DNA from: an uncultured delta proteobacterium
Lineage (GTDB): Bacteria > Desulfobacterota > Desulfobacteria > Desulfobacterales > JAFDCJ01
Assembly (NCBI GenBank): GCA_963769935.1
Contig: CAVYNY010000009.1
Location: 32,001 to 96,000, forward strand
DNA length: 64,000 nt
Reading direction: 5' to 3'
The translations under genes were made by a program, and so were the position numbers. Under the pieces are notes generated by a model. That model was not told the origin of the DNA, did no database searches, and saw only the letters and a program-made list of their open reading frames with translations. Each line of letters opens with the position of its first letter. Position 1 is the stretch's first letter. Shown piece after piece: positions 20,537-29,830 of this stretch.

Positions 20537-21868
20537 ATGCGATATTTACCGCATACTCCTGAAGACATAGCAGCCATGCTGGCAGTGGTCGGTACGGACT
20601 CCCTGGAGGACCTGTTTGCCACGATACCCGGCGAGTGCCGCCGTGAAAAAGACTTAAACCTGCCGGAGCGTTTGAGTGAATGGGAGTTAAACCGCCATAT
20701 CGATGCCCTGTCCGGTACGATGGCCGTATCCCCTGAATACAGGATATTTCTAGGTGCCGGCAGCTACGAGCATTATATTCCGGCGGCGGTAACTCACCTG
20801 CTGGGCCGTTCGGAGTTTGTCACTTCCTACACGCCGTATCAACCTGAGGTGAGCCAGGGAACGCTGCAGGCAATTTTTGAATACCAAACACTCACCGCCC
20901 GGCTGCTGGGAATGGAAATCGCCAACGCATCGCAATACGACGGCGCTTCTTCTCTGGCCGAAGCGGCACTCATGGCCGTTCGTGTCACACGGAAAAAGAA
21001 AATCGCAGTGTCCCGCCTCGTCCATCCCCACTACCGCAGCGTGTTGCGGACATATCTAGGCCCAACCGATATTGAAATCGTCGAATTGCCTTATCTGGCG
21101 AACGGAACAACCGATGCGGAACAGCTGGAAGGGCTGGACGATCTTGCTGCCGTGGCCGTGCAGTCACCCAACTTTTTTGGCTGTATTGAAAACCTCGGCC
21201 AAATCGGCGAGCAGGCCCGCGCCAAAGAGGCTCTGTTGATTGCAGGCTTCACGGAGCCGCTGGCCTATGGCTTGTTCAAAAATCCGGGCAGCCAGGGGGC
21301 TGATATCGCCTGCGGCGAAGGACAGAGTCTGGGAGTGCCCCGCACGTTCGGCGGTCCGGCGCTGGGCATGTTTGCCGCCCGGATGAAGCATGTCCGCAAC
21401 ATGCCCGGGCGGCTGGTCGGACAAACCCAGGACATCGAGGGGCGCCGGGGTTTTGTGCTGACGCTGGCCACCCGGGAGCAGCACATCCGCCGGGAAAAAG
21501 CCACCTCCAACATCTGCACCAATCACAGTTTGTGCGCCCTGGCGGCCGCAATGTATATGGCGACTCTCGGCCATACGGGCATGAAAGCGCTGGCCCGCTT
21601 GAATTATGACAAATGTGAATACCTGAAAAAGAAGCTGCGCCATGCCGGGTTCAAAATCCCTTTCGAGCAGTCCACTTTCAATGAATTTGTGGTCGAATTC
21701 CCGGAAGGCTTTGACAAAACCTATGCGCGTCTGGTCGACGCTAAAATTATCGCGGGTCTGCCCCTGGAATGTCACTATCGTGAGTTGAAAAATCATTATC
21801 TGCTTTGTGTTACCGAAACCATCGGCAGGGAAGATATGGACAGGTTGGTCGATGCCATTAAAAGATAA
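20537..21868 (+). CDS. gcvPA: glycine dehydrogenase subunit 1
   Basis: MRYLPHT, YTPYQPEVSQG, REQHIRREKATSNICTN. Confidence 0.96.
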   Translation: MRYLPHTPEDIAAMLAVVGTDSLEDLFATIPGECRREKDLNLPERLSEWELNRHIDALSGTMAVSPEYRIFLGAGSYEHYIPAAVTHLLGRSEFVTSYTPYQPEVSQGTLQAIFEYQTLTARLLGMEIANASQYDGASSLAEAALMAVRVTRKKKIAVSRLVHPHYRSVLRTYLGPTDIEIVELPYLANGTTDAEQLEGLDDLAAVAVQSPNFFGCIENLGQIGEQARAKEALLIAGFTEPLAYGLFKNPGSQGADIACGEGQSLGVPRTFGGPALGMFAARMKHVRNMPGRLVGQTQDIEGRRGFVLTLATREQHIRREKATSNICTNHSLCALAAAMYMATLGHTGMKALARLNYDKCEYLKKKLRHAGFKIPFEQSTFNEFVVEFPEGFDKTYARLVDAKIIAGLPLECHYRELKNHYLLCVTETIGREDMDRLVDAIKR

Positions 21869-21905
21869 ATTTATTTTGCGATAACGGGGAAATGGAGATT
21901 TAGCC

Positions 21906-23363
21906 ATGCAAGAATATCCAGGAGCAACCGGCCTGATACTAAACGAACCCCTGCTCTGGGAAAAAGGCAAGAAGGGAAGATCCGGGTTTTCCGCGCCGCG
22001 CCGCGATGTCGAATCCTGCGATCCGGATCCGGACCTGCTCGGTGAAGGGCCGGATTTTCCGGATCTCAGCGAAGTGGATGTCGTTCGCCACTATACCCGT
22101 CTCTCCCAGTGGAATTTTGCCGTCGATACCGGAATGTATCCACTTGGATCGTGTACCATGAAGTATAATCCCAAAACCAATGAAAGACAGGCCGCGCAGC
22201 CCGGATTTTCCGCCGCCCATCCCCTGCTGCCGCCGCATCTCTCCCAGGGCATCCTCAAACTGTTGTACGATCTCGAACGCTTCCTGTTGGAAATTACCGG
22301 CATGGACGCCGTCAGCCTGCAGCCGGCCGCCGGTGCCCATGGTGAGCTTACGGGCATGCTGCTTTTTTACGCCTACCACCGGAGCAAAGGCGCCCGCCGA
22401 TCAAAAATCCTCGTGCCGGACACGGCCCACGGTACGAATCCGGCCAGTGCGGCCCTGTGCGGCTACAGACCGGTATCGATAAAATCCAGCGCAAAAGGGA
22501 TCCTGGCACCGGATGATGTTGCCGGGCTGATGGACGAGGAAACCGCCGGGATCATGGTTACCAATCCCAATACCCTGGGGTTGTTTGAAGAAAACATCAA
22601 AAAAATAGCCGATATCGTCCATGCGAAAGGGGGCCTGGTGTACGGGGACGGGGCCAATATGAATGCAATTATGGGAATCGCCGATATTGGAAGAATCGGG
22701 ATCGATGTTTTACATTTAAACCTTCACAAGACTTTTTCGACGCCTCATGGCGGCGGAGGACCGGGGTCCGGACCGGTCTGCGTGCTGAAGCATCTGGAAC
22801 CGTTTCTGCCGGTGCCCCGAGTCACACTAAAGGACGGACAATATCTGCTCAAAGAGGATTACCCGGAGTCCATCGGCCGGCTGCATGCCTTTTACGGCAA
22901 TGTGGGTGTTCTCATCCGGGCCTACAGCTATATTCTGAGCATGGGCGGAGAATATTTAAAAAAAGCCAGTCAGTTGGCGGTGCTGAATGCCAACTACATC
23001 AAAGAGCAATTGAAGGGAACCTTTCATCTGGCCTATAATCGTCCCTGCATGCATGAGTGCGTTTTCTCGGACAAATTGCAGCAGGCGCACAGGGTAACCA
23101 CTCTGGATATGGTTAAGCGCCTGATGGATTATGGATTTCACCCACCCACCATTTACTTCCCCCTGGTTGTTCCCGGGGCCATCATGATTGAGCCCACCGA
23201 AACGGAATGCAAAGAGGACATCGATCTTTTCATCGATGCCCTGAAGGCCATCGCCGCTGAAGCTATCGAAAATCCGGATGTTTTGCATGCAGCGCCCCGC
23301 AACTGCCGCCGCAGAAGACTGGATGAAACCACAGCGGCCCGCAGACCCTGCTTGACGGGATGA
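21906..23363 (+). CDS. gcvPB: glycine dehydrogenase subunit 2
   Basis: YPLGSCTMKYNP, HGTNPASA, PLP-lysine motif LHKTFSTPHGGGGPG. Confidence 0.96.
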   Translation: MQEYPGATGLILNEPLLWEKGKKGRSGFSAPRRDVESCDPDPDLLGEGPDFPDLSEVDVVRHYTRLSQWNFAVDTGMYPLGSCTMKYNPKTNERQAAQPGFSAAHPLLPPHLSQGILKLLYDLERFLLEITGMDAVSLQPAAGAHGELTGMLLFYAYHRSKGARRSKILVPDTAHGTNPASAALCGYRPVSIKSSAKGILAPDDVAGLMDEETAGIMVTNPNTLGLFEENIKKIADIVHAKGGLVYGDGANMNAIMGIADIGRIGIDVLHLNLHKTFSTPHGGGGPGSGPVCVLKHLEPFLPVPRVTLKDGQYLLKEDYPESIGRLHAFYGNVGVLIRAYSYILSMGGEYLKKASQLAVLNANYIKEQLKGTFHLAYNRPCMHECVFSDKLQQAHRVTTLDMVKRLMDYGFHPPTIYFPLVVPGAIMIEPTETECKEDIDLFIDALKAIAAEAIENPDVLHAAPRNCRRRRLDETTAARRPCLTG

Positions 23364-23451
23364 TTTGTCAGTGGTGTGTTGTAAGTGGTCTGTTGCAAAT
23401 CTAAGCTTGAAGTATTAGTTTTCAGGATAGATAACTTCACAGTCAATAGAC

Positions 23452-24228
23452 ATGCTTGGTGCAAACAAAGAGACAGAAACCAGTATAGGCGTGCTAAATC
23501 CAACCAACAACATACAACATACCACTGACAACAAACTTTGCTTCGCCCTCGACCTGGGTCTGATTGACTATCGTGAGGCCTGGGCGCTGCAGGAGAAGCT
23601 GGTGGCCGCGCGACTCGCTAAGCGCTTGAACCGGGACGTTTTCCTTTTTTTGGAGCATCCGGCCGTGTTTACTCTCGGCCGCCGGGGTGGGCTGGAGAAT
23701 CTGCTGGTCTCGGAAGAATTTTTGAAAAATGCCGGCGTGCCGGTTGTCCAGGTTGAACGCGGCGGCTTCATAACATATCATGGCCCCGGCCAAATCGTGG
23801 TTTATCCCATTATAAACCTGCATACAAGAAGAATCGGCGTAAAGGATTTTGTTGCGGCTATGGAAGAAGCCATGCTTCGCACGGCCGCAGCCTGGGACAT
23901 TGCCGCAGCGCGCAATCCCGTCAACAGCGGCATCTGGGCCGGAGACAATAAAATGGGCAGCATCGGAATCGCCCTGCGCAAAGGCGTCAGCTTCCACGGC
24001 CTGGCCTTAAACGTCAATCTTGACTTAACACCGTTTTCCTGGATTCAACCCTGCGGCCTGCCGGGCGTGGGGATGACATCCATGGCAAATGAGCTCGACC
24101 GGGAAGTATCCCTGGCCGATGCCGGCAACGTCCTGAAGAATCACCTTGCAGCAGTCTTAGGGATATCATTTGAAGCGCGCCGGCTGTCGGATCTCGGATG
24201 CGTGTTGGGCCATTCGGACGGGCTTTAA
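23452..24228 (+). CDS. lipB: octanoyltransferase
   Basis: LEHPAVFTLGR, RGG.ITYHGPGQ, HGLALNV, PCG. Start uncertain. Confidence 0.93.
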   Translation: MLGANKETETSIGVLNPTNNIQHTTDNKLCFALDLGLIDYREAWALQEKLVAARLAKRLNRDVFLFLEHPAVFTLGRRGGLENLLVSEEFLKNAGVPVVQVERGGFITYHGPGQIVVYPIINLHTRRIGVKDFVAAMEEAMLRTAAAWDIAAARNPVNSGIWAGDNKMGSIGIALRKGVSFHGLALNVNLDLTPFSWIQPCGLPGVGMTSMANELDREVSLADAGNVLKNHLAAVLGISFEARRLSDLGCVLGHSDGL

Positions 24229-24314
24229 AGAGGGTCGGTGGTAAGGCACTTAGGCCTTTTTTTAACGACATATGATTTCGAGCTAAACACCAAACCCTAA
24301 AAAACAATAAAGTA

Positions 24315-25199
24315 ATGAACCAGCAATCAAACTCCACCGTACTCGTCCAAAAACCCAGCTGGCTGCGGCGGCAGCTGCCAACGGGTTCCGCCTATGAAAA
24401 AGTCAAAAAAATGATCAAGGCAGAACAGCTGCACACGGTATGCCAGGAAGCCAAATGCCCCAACATGTGGGAGTGCTTTTCACAAAAGACGGCGACGTTT
24501 CTAATCATGGGCTCGCGGTGCACCCGCAACTGCCGCTTCTGTTCGGTGCGCCCAGGTCCGCTGGAACCGCCGGATCCCGGGGAACCCGCCAGAGTAGCCG
24601 ATGTCGCACACCGGATGGGCTTAAAATATGTGGTGGTCACATCTGTCACCCGAGACGACCTGCCCGACGGCGGTGCTGCCTTGTTTGCCGAAACGGTTGA
24701 AGAAATCCGCCGCAAGATGCCTGAGGCCTGCGTGGAAGTCTTAATTCCGGATTTTCAGGGGAACCGGGAAGCGCTCCACAAGGTTTTACAGGCCCGGCCG
24801 GATGTCTTAAATCACAATATTGAAACCGTGGCGCGCCTCTACCCGCGGGTACGGCCCCAGGCTTCATATGAGCGCTCCCTGAGGCTCATTCATCGGGCTC
24901 ACGAATACGACTCGTTGCTGCCGACCAAATCCGGACTGATGCTCGGTTTAGGGGAAAAAAAAGCTGAAGTTGAGAAGACACTCGAAGATCTTTTAACTGC
25001 CGGCTGCCGCCTGCTGACGCTGGGCCAATATTTGCAGCCTTCCAAAAACCATCTGCCGGTAGAGCGCTTTATCCCACCGCAAGAATTCGAAGCGTGGCGC
25101 AAAAAGGCTGTCCAATTAGGCTTTGCCGAAGTCGCCAGCGGACCGTTCGTAAGAAGCTCGTATCACGCCAAGGAGTTGTTTCAGGAAGTAAAAGCTTGA
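24315..25199 (+). CDS. lipA: lipoyl synthase
   Basis: CQEAKCPNMWEC, CTRNCRFC, RSSY. Confidence 0.96.
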   Translation: MNQQSNSTVLVQKPSWLRRQLPTGSAYEKVKKMIKAEQLHTVCQEAKCPNMWECFSQKTATFLIMGSRCTRNCRFCSVRPGPLEPPDPGEPARVADVAHRMGLKYVVVTSVTRDDLPDGGAALFAETVEEIRRKMPEACVEVLIPDFQGNREALHKVLQARPDVLNHNIETVARLYPRVRPQASYERSLRLIHRAHEYDSLLPTKSGLMLGLGEKKAEVEKTLEDLLTAGCRLLTLGQYLQPSKNHLPVERFIPPQEFEAWRKKAVQLGFAEVASGPFVRSSYHAKELFQEVKA

Positions 25200-25278
25200 A
25201 GGGGTGTTAATTGTGAGTTGGAAAATCAATATATCTGAGAGCGCATAAGATTCTGCAATAAAGCAGGGCAACTTTTTT

Positions 25279-25562
25279 AAAATATCAAATTACAAATTCC
25301 AAATTACAAACAAATCTCAAATCCCAATACTCAATGACCAAAACCTTTACTTTGAGAATCTTTATCGTTTCTCTTTTTAGTATTGGTAGGAGGATCTTTT
25401 TCAACCCATGAATGTCCTGCAACAAGCTTTGGAATTTTCACAGTATTAATCCCGGCGCGTGGTTAGATGTTCGTTTTTCTGGTTAGTATATAAGTTTTGA
25501 ATTTTGAATTTTTGTCATTGTGATTTGTTTGATATTTGGTATTTGTGATTTGTAATTTTTTT
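25279..25562. repeat. inverted heptamer-arm element (CAAAT-type arms)
   Basis: Left arm AAATATCAAATTACAAATTCCAAATTACAAACAAATCTCAA, right arm its approximate reverse complement (TTGTGATTTGTTTGATATTTGGTATTTGTGATTTGTAATTT). A related arm lies at about 60690-60750. Confidence 0.75.
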
Positions 25563-25616
25563 TTGCGACGGAGTAAAATGTGATAGATAAAAAATGAATA
25601 CTTCTGGGGTACGATT

Positions 25617-26779
25617 TTGGAAAAACAACTGATCTGGGCTGAAATCGACCTGAACGCGTATGCGCACAACATCAGGGAGTTGAGGCGCATTACCAATCCC
25701 GCCGCACGTCTGATGGCCGTGGTCAAAGCCAACGGCTACGGTCATGGAGCCGTCGAGACGGCGCGCACAGCCCTGCAAAACGGTGCGGCGGCCCTGGGGG
25801 TGGCTCGCATTCCAGGAGGCGGTTCAACTTAGAGAGGCCGGACTTGAGGCACCCATTCTAATTTTTGGCTACAGTCCCCTCGAGTCCGCCGAAACGCTCA
25901 TTGATTATGAGCTTACCCAGACCGTTTATTCCACCCGGACGGCCGCGGCTTTATCCCACCAGGCGGGACGCAGAGGAAAAAAGATTAAGATTCATATCAA
26001 GATGGACAGCGGCATGGGAAGGCTGGGTTTGCTGCTGGACAACGGGGCCGATTCCATTCCTGATAAAAACCCCGCCGCGATCAGCCTGCGTGAAGTCGAG
26101 GCCATCAGCCGTCTGGCCGATCTGGAGGTGGAGGGAATTTTCACCCACTTTGCGACGGCCGACAGCGCCGACAAATCATATGCGAACAGGCAGCTGGAAC
26201 GTTTTATTATTTTTTTGGAAACCCTGCGTCGTGAAGGTCTGAATATTCCGATAGCTCATGCCGCCAACAGCGGGGCCCTGATCGATATGCCGGATTCTCA
26301 TCTGGACATGGTGCGGCCGGGAATCGCGACCTATGGGTTGTATCCCTCCGATGAGGTCAATAAAAACAGCATCGAGCTGATTCCGGTCATGACGCTGAAA
26401 AGCAGAATCATTCACCTGAAAAAGGTGCCGGCCGGCTTCAGCATCAGCTACGGCAGCACCTTCAAGCACAAAAGGGAATACCACCATTGCCACCGTTCCG
26501 GTCGGATATGCCGACGGGCTCAACCGTCTGTTGTCATCGGCCGGTCACATGCTGGTTCACGGACAAAAAGTGCCTATCGTCGGTCGGGTCTGCATGGACC
26601 TGACAATGATAGATGTGGGTGCAGTGACCGGCATCGGAATGGAAGATGAAGTCGTAGTTTTCGGGCAACAGGGAAATCAGGCGATCACGGCCGATGAAAT
26701 TGCAGCCAATTTAGATACAATCAATTATGAAGTCGTCACCTCGATTACAGCGAGGGTGCCTAGAGTCTATTTGGAATGA
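25617..26779 (+). pseudogene. alr: alanine racemase, two +1 frameshifts (probably assembly errors)
   Basis: [29 protein letters not shown], then VPVGYADG and GRVCMD, spread over three frames. Shifts near 25812 and 26467. Confidence 0.85.
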
Positions 26780-26962
26780 CGATTGTCGAATGAAGAATAC
26801 AGTGAACAGATTGAACGTTCGATGTTCGATGTTCATTATTGGGTACTTGTCCGCCTTTGTGGATTCGCTGTTATTAGAGTTTCTTTCCCGATCAAACTGG
26901 CCGCTTCAGCGGCCTGCGGCTGACCAAAACCTCGAACCCTAAACCTCCAACAGGAACCCATC

Positions 26963-27794
26963 GTGCCTTATTTCACGACCCGCGACGACTGCAAAATTTT
27001 CTATCGGACCTATCGAGTTGACACGTCCAATTCCGTCGTTATTTTTCTGAACGGCACCACCCAGACCACATTGTATTGGGGCAGCCAAGTGCCGGCGTTT
27101 TCAAAACGTTATGGGCTGCTTTGCTACGATGCCAGATGCCAGGGGCAAAGTGACCCCGGCGCCGCGCCGATCTCTCTGCAACTGCATGTTTCAGATCTTT
27201 ATCAGTTATTGACCCATTTGGCTATTGACAAAGCTCACCTGGTGGGCATAAGTCATGGCGCCCGGGTGGCGCTGGAGTTTGCAGCTAAGTTTCCGCAGAT
27301 GGTCGAAAAACTGGTCCTGTGCAGCATCGGTGCCGGCACCAGCGACCGTTGCCGGGCCTTTGTTCGATCGTGGCTGGAAATACTGAAGATGTCTGATTTA
27401 AGGGCCATGGCCTGGGCTGCCGTGCCGACGGTGTTCGGCAACCGGTTTTTAAAACACCATCAGAAAACGCTCGATACGATCGTCAATGCCGTAGTTTTGC
27501 GCAACAGCAAAAAAGCATTGGCTGTTCAGCTTGAGGCGGCGTTAAGTTATCCTGAGCCGGACAGCCTACCGGCGGATTTCAATGTACCGACGCTCATTGT
27601 CTCAGGCTCGGAGGATCCGCTGGTGGAATCCGAGGATGTCCGGCAACTCGCGGATCTTTGCAAAGCACGACCACGCGGAGCTGCCCGGCATCGGTCACAG
27701 TATACCGGCCGAAGCCCCGGAATTATTCGAACAAATGGTGCTTGAATTTTTGAGTTCAAGCGTAAGGCCCGGACAAGCCGGAATTGAATATTGA
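26963..27794 (+). CDS. alpha/beta hydrolase (enol-lactonase-like), +1 frameshift near 27670
   Basis: GISHG nucleophile elbow, GSED. Catalytic His (GIGHSIP.EAP) lies in the shifted frame. Confidence 0.75.
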
Positions 27795-27950
27795 AAATTG
27801 CAAATTGAATATATGTGGATGTCGCTCGCGCAGCGCAAACGTCGCGCGAGCGCTTGACGCTGGGAGGCACTTGCGCCGGGTGTCGCTCCGTCTTTTTTTT
27901 AAATGGATAGAATTCCTTAAATATTCAATATTCAATCGAAAATATTCAAT
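27782..27950. repeat. inverted heptamer-arm element with nested insert
   Basis: TTGAATA-type left arm, TATTCAA-type right arm. TGTCGCTC directly repeated at 27820 and 27881 around a 53-bp GC-rich insert. Confidence 0.75.
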
Positions 27951-28035
27951 CGTTACAAGATAATGAAGATATCTCTATACAATATTTCGCCACAAAATGC
28001 ACATTACTAACAACTAACGTGTCAGGACGTTGCTA

Positions 28036-29253
28036 ATGCGAGAAATCATACTGATTAATATCACCGGCAAGGATAAACCGGGCCTGACATCCAGCTTGAC
28101 GAACATCCTGGCACAGTATGAAGCAACGATTCTGGATATCGGCCAGGCGGTTATCCATGACTACCTGTCGCTGGGCATCCTGATCGAAATACCGACCGCG
28201 CATTCATCGTCTTCGATTCTCAAAGATCTTCTGTTCAAGGCGCATGAGCTTGGCATTCAAATCCGTTTTTCCGCCATCGACAGCGCGGGCTATGAAAGCT
28301 GGGCTTCGGAGACCGGCCGACAGCGCCGGTTTATAACGCTCCTCGGCCGCAGGTTAACCGCTGAACAGCTGGCCAAAGTAACCACGGCCATTGCAGCCAA
28401 CAATTTAAATATCGATGTGATTACCCGGCTTTCCGGCAGGATACCATATGACGATACCGAATCGCTGCCCAAGGCCTGCGTGCAGTTTACCGTATCCGGC
28501 ATGCATCCTGAATCCGGTCGTTTACGCGGCCAGTTGCTGAAAATTTCCGAAGAAACCGGAATCGATATTTCCTTTCATGCGGACGATATTTATCGGCATG
28601 CCCGCCGGCTGGTGGTATTTGACATGGATTCTACATTGATCCAGGGTGAAATGATCAATATCCTGGCCCAGCATGCCGGCGCCGGCGAGCAGGTCGCCGC
28701 AATCACTTCAGCTGCCATGGGCGGCGAGATGGATTTCAAAGAAAGTCTCACCCGCAGGGTGGCCCTGCTCAAAGGCCTTGATGAAGCGGTGCTGGCCGAT
28801 GTTGTTCAGAATCTCGAGCTCACCGAAGGTGCGGAACGGCTCGTCAACACGCTGAAAAGGTTGGGCTTCAAGATCGGAATCATATCCGGCGGCTTTGACT
28901 ATTTCGGCGAATATCTGCAAAAAATGCTGGGCCTGGATTATGTTTTTGCCAACGTGCTCGAGATCGAAAACGGCAAAGTCACCGGAAAAGTTACGGGCGA
29001 CATTATCGACGGACCCAAAAAGGCTGAAATTCTTAAAACCATCGCCAGGGTTGAAAACATCAGTCTGCAGCAGACCGTCGCCGTGGGAGACGGTGCCAAT
29101 GATCTTCCCATGATCAGTGCCGCCGGTCTGGGAATCGCATTTCATGCCAAACCCTTTGTAAAAAGGAATGCCGCCAAGTCCATCTCCAGCGTTGGGCTGG
29201 ACGGGCTGTTATATCTGATGGGTATCAGTGAAAGAGAAATCCAGCAGGAGTAG
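28036..29253 (+). CDS. serB: phosphoserine phosphatase with ACT domains
   Basis: TGKDKPG ACT domain, HAD motifs FDMDSTLI, SGGF, GDGANDL. Confidence 0.93.
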   Translation: MREIILINITGKDKPGLTSSLTNILAQYEATILDIGQAVIHDYLSLGILIEIPTAHSSSSILKDLLFKAHELGIQIRFSAIDSAGYESWASETGRQRRFITLLGRRLTAEQLAKVTTAIAANNLNIDVITRLSGRIPYDDTESLPKACVQFTVSGMHPESGRLRGQLLKISEETGIDISFHADDIYRHARRLVVFDMDSTLIQGEMINILAQHAGAGEQVAAITSAAMGGEMDFKESLTRRVALLKGLDEAVLADVVQNLELTEGAERLVNTLKRLGFKIGIISGGFDYFGEYLQKMLGLDYVFANVLEIENGKVTGKVTGDIIDGPKKAEILKTIARVENISLQQTVAVGDGANDLPMISAAGLGIAFHAKPFVKRNAAKSISSVGLDGLLYLMGISEREIQQE

Positions 29254-29372
29254 GATTCGCCGTTCAGAGCCGGTGTCATGTCAAATCTCAGGAGGCAGAA
29301 AACATTTGTGACTTTGATTTACGCCGGCCCTGAGAACTGATCCATGTACGATTTGGCAAACCGGCCATATAA

Positions 29373-29414
29373 AAACAAAAAGGCAGGACCTTTCATAGCC
29401 CTGCCTTTTTGTTT
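29373..29414. terminator. bidirectional intrinsic terminator
   Basis: AAACAAAAAGGCAGGAC-loop-GCCCTGCCTTTTTGTTT. Confidence 0.8.
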
Positions 29415-29830
29415 CTGGCCTCTATTCTCGCCACATTTTAATGTTTGAAGCAGAAGCCAGGAGTTTAATTTTGCTCTCTTGAATGCCGTTGTTTTCTCGC
29501 TCGGATATCTTCTCGTTAAGTTGGAAGTTCGGCAGAAAAGATGCACGCGCATTCGAGAACTCAATTGGCAATAACAATATTCAAAAATAATGCCAAACTT
29601 AAAAATTTTTATTTTAAATAAAATCAATATATTATATAATCACCTAAAATCAGGCTGTCACCCGAAAGCGTCAATTTTCCGACACTGCGCCCTCCTGTGA
29701 ATTCTGACGCTTATACCGGTCAAAGGCTCAAGTAGGGTAAAATCAAAACCATCTCTGAGAAACAAAATTGGGGTTGCCAGGTAGTTCCAGGTGGCATAGC
29801 CCCCAAAAAGGATAGCAAGAGAGCTTTTAT

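Noticed and set aside
29319..29627. 102-aa minus-strand ORF
   Set aside because: No RBS, and it runs through promoter-like and terminator sequences
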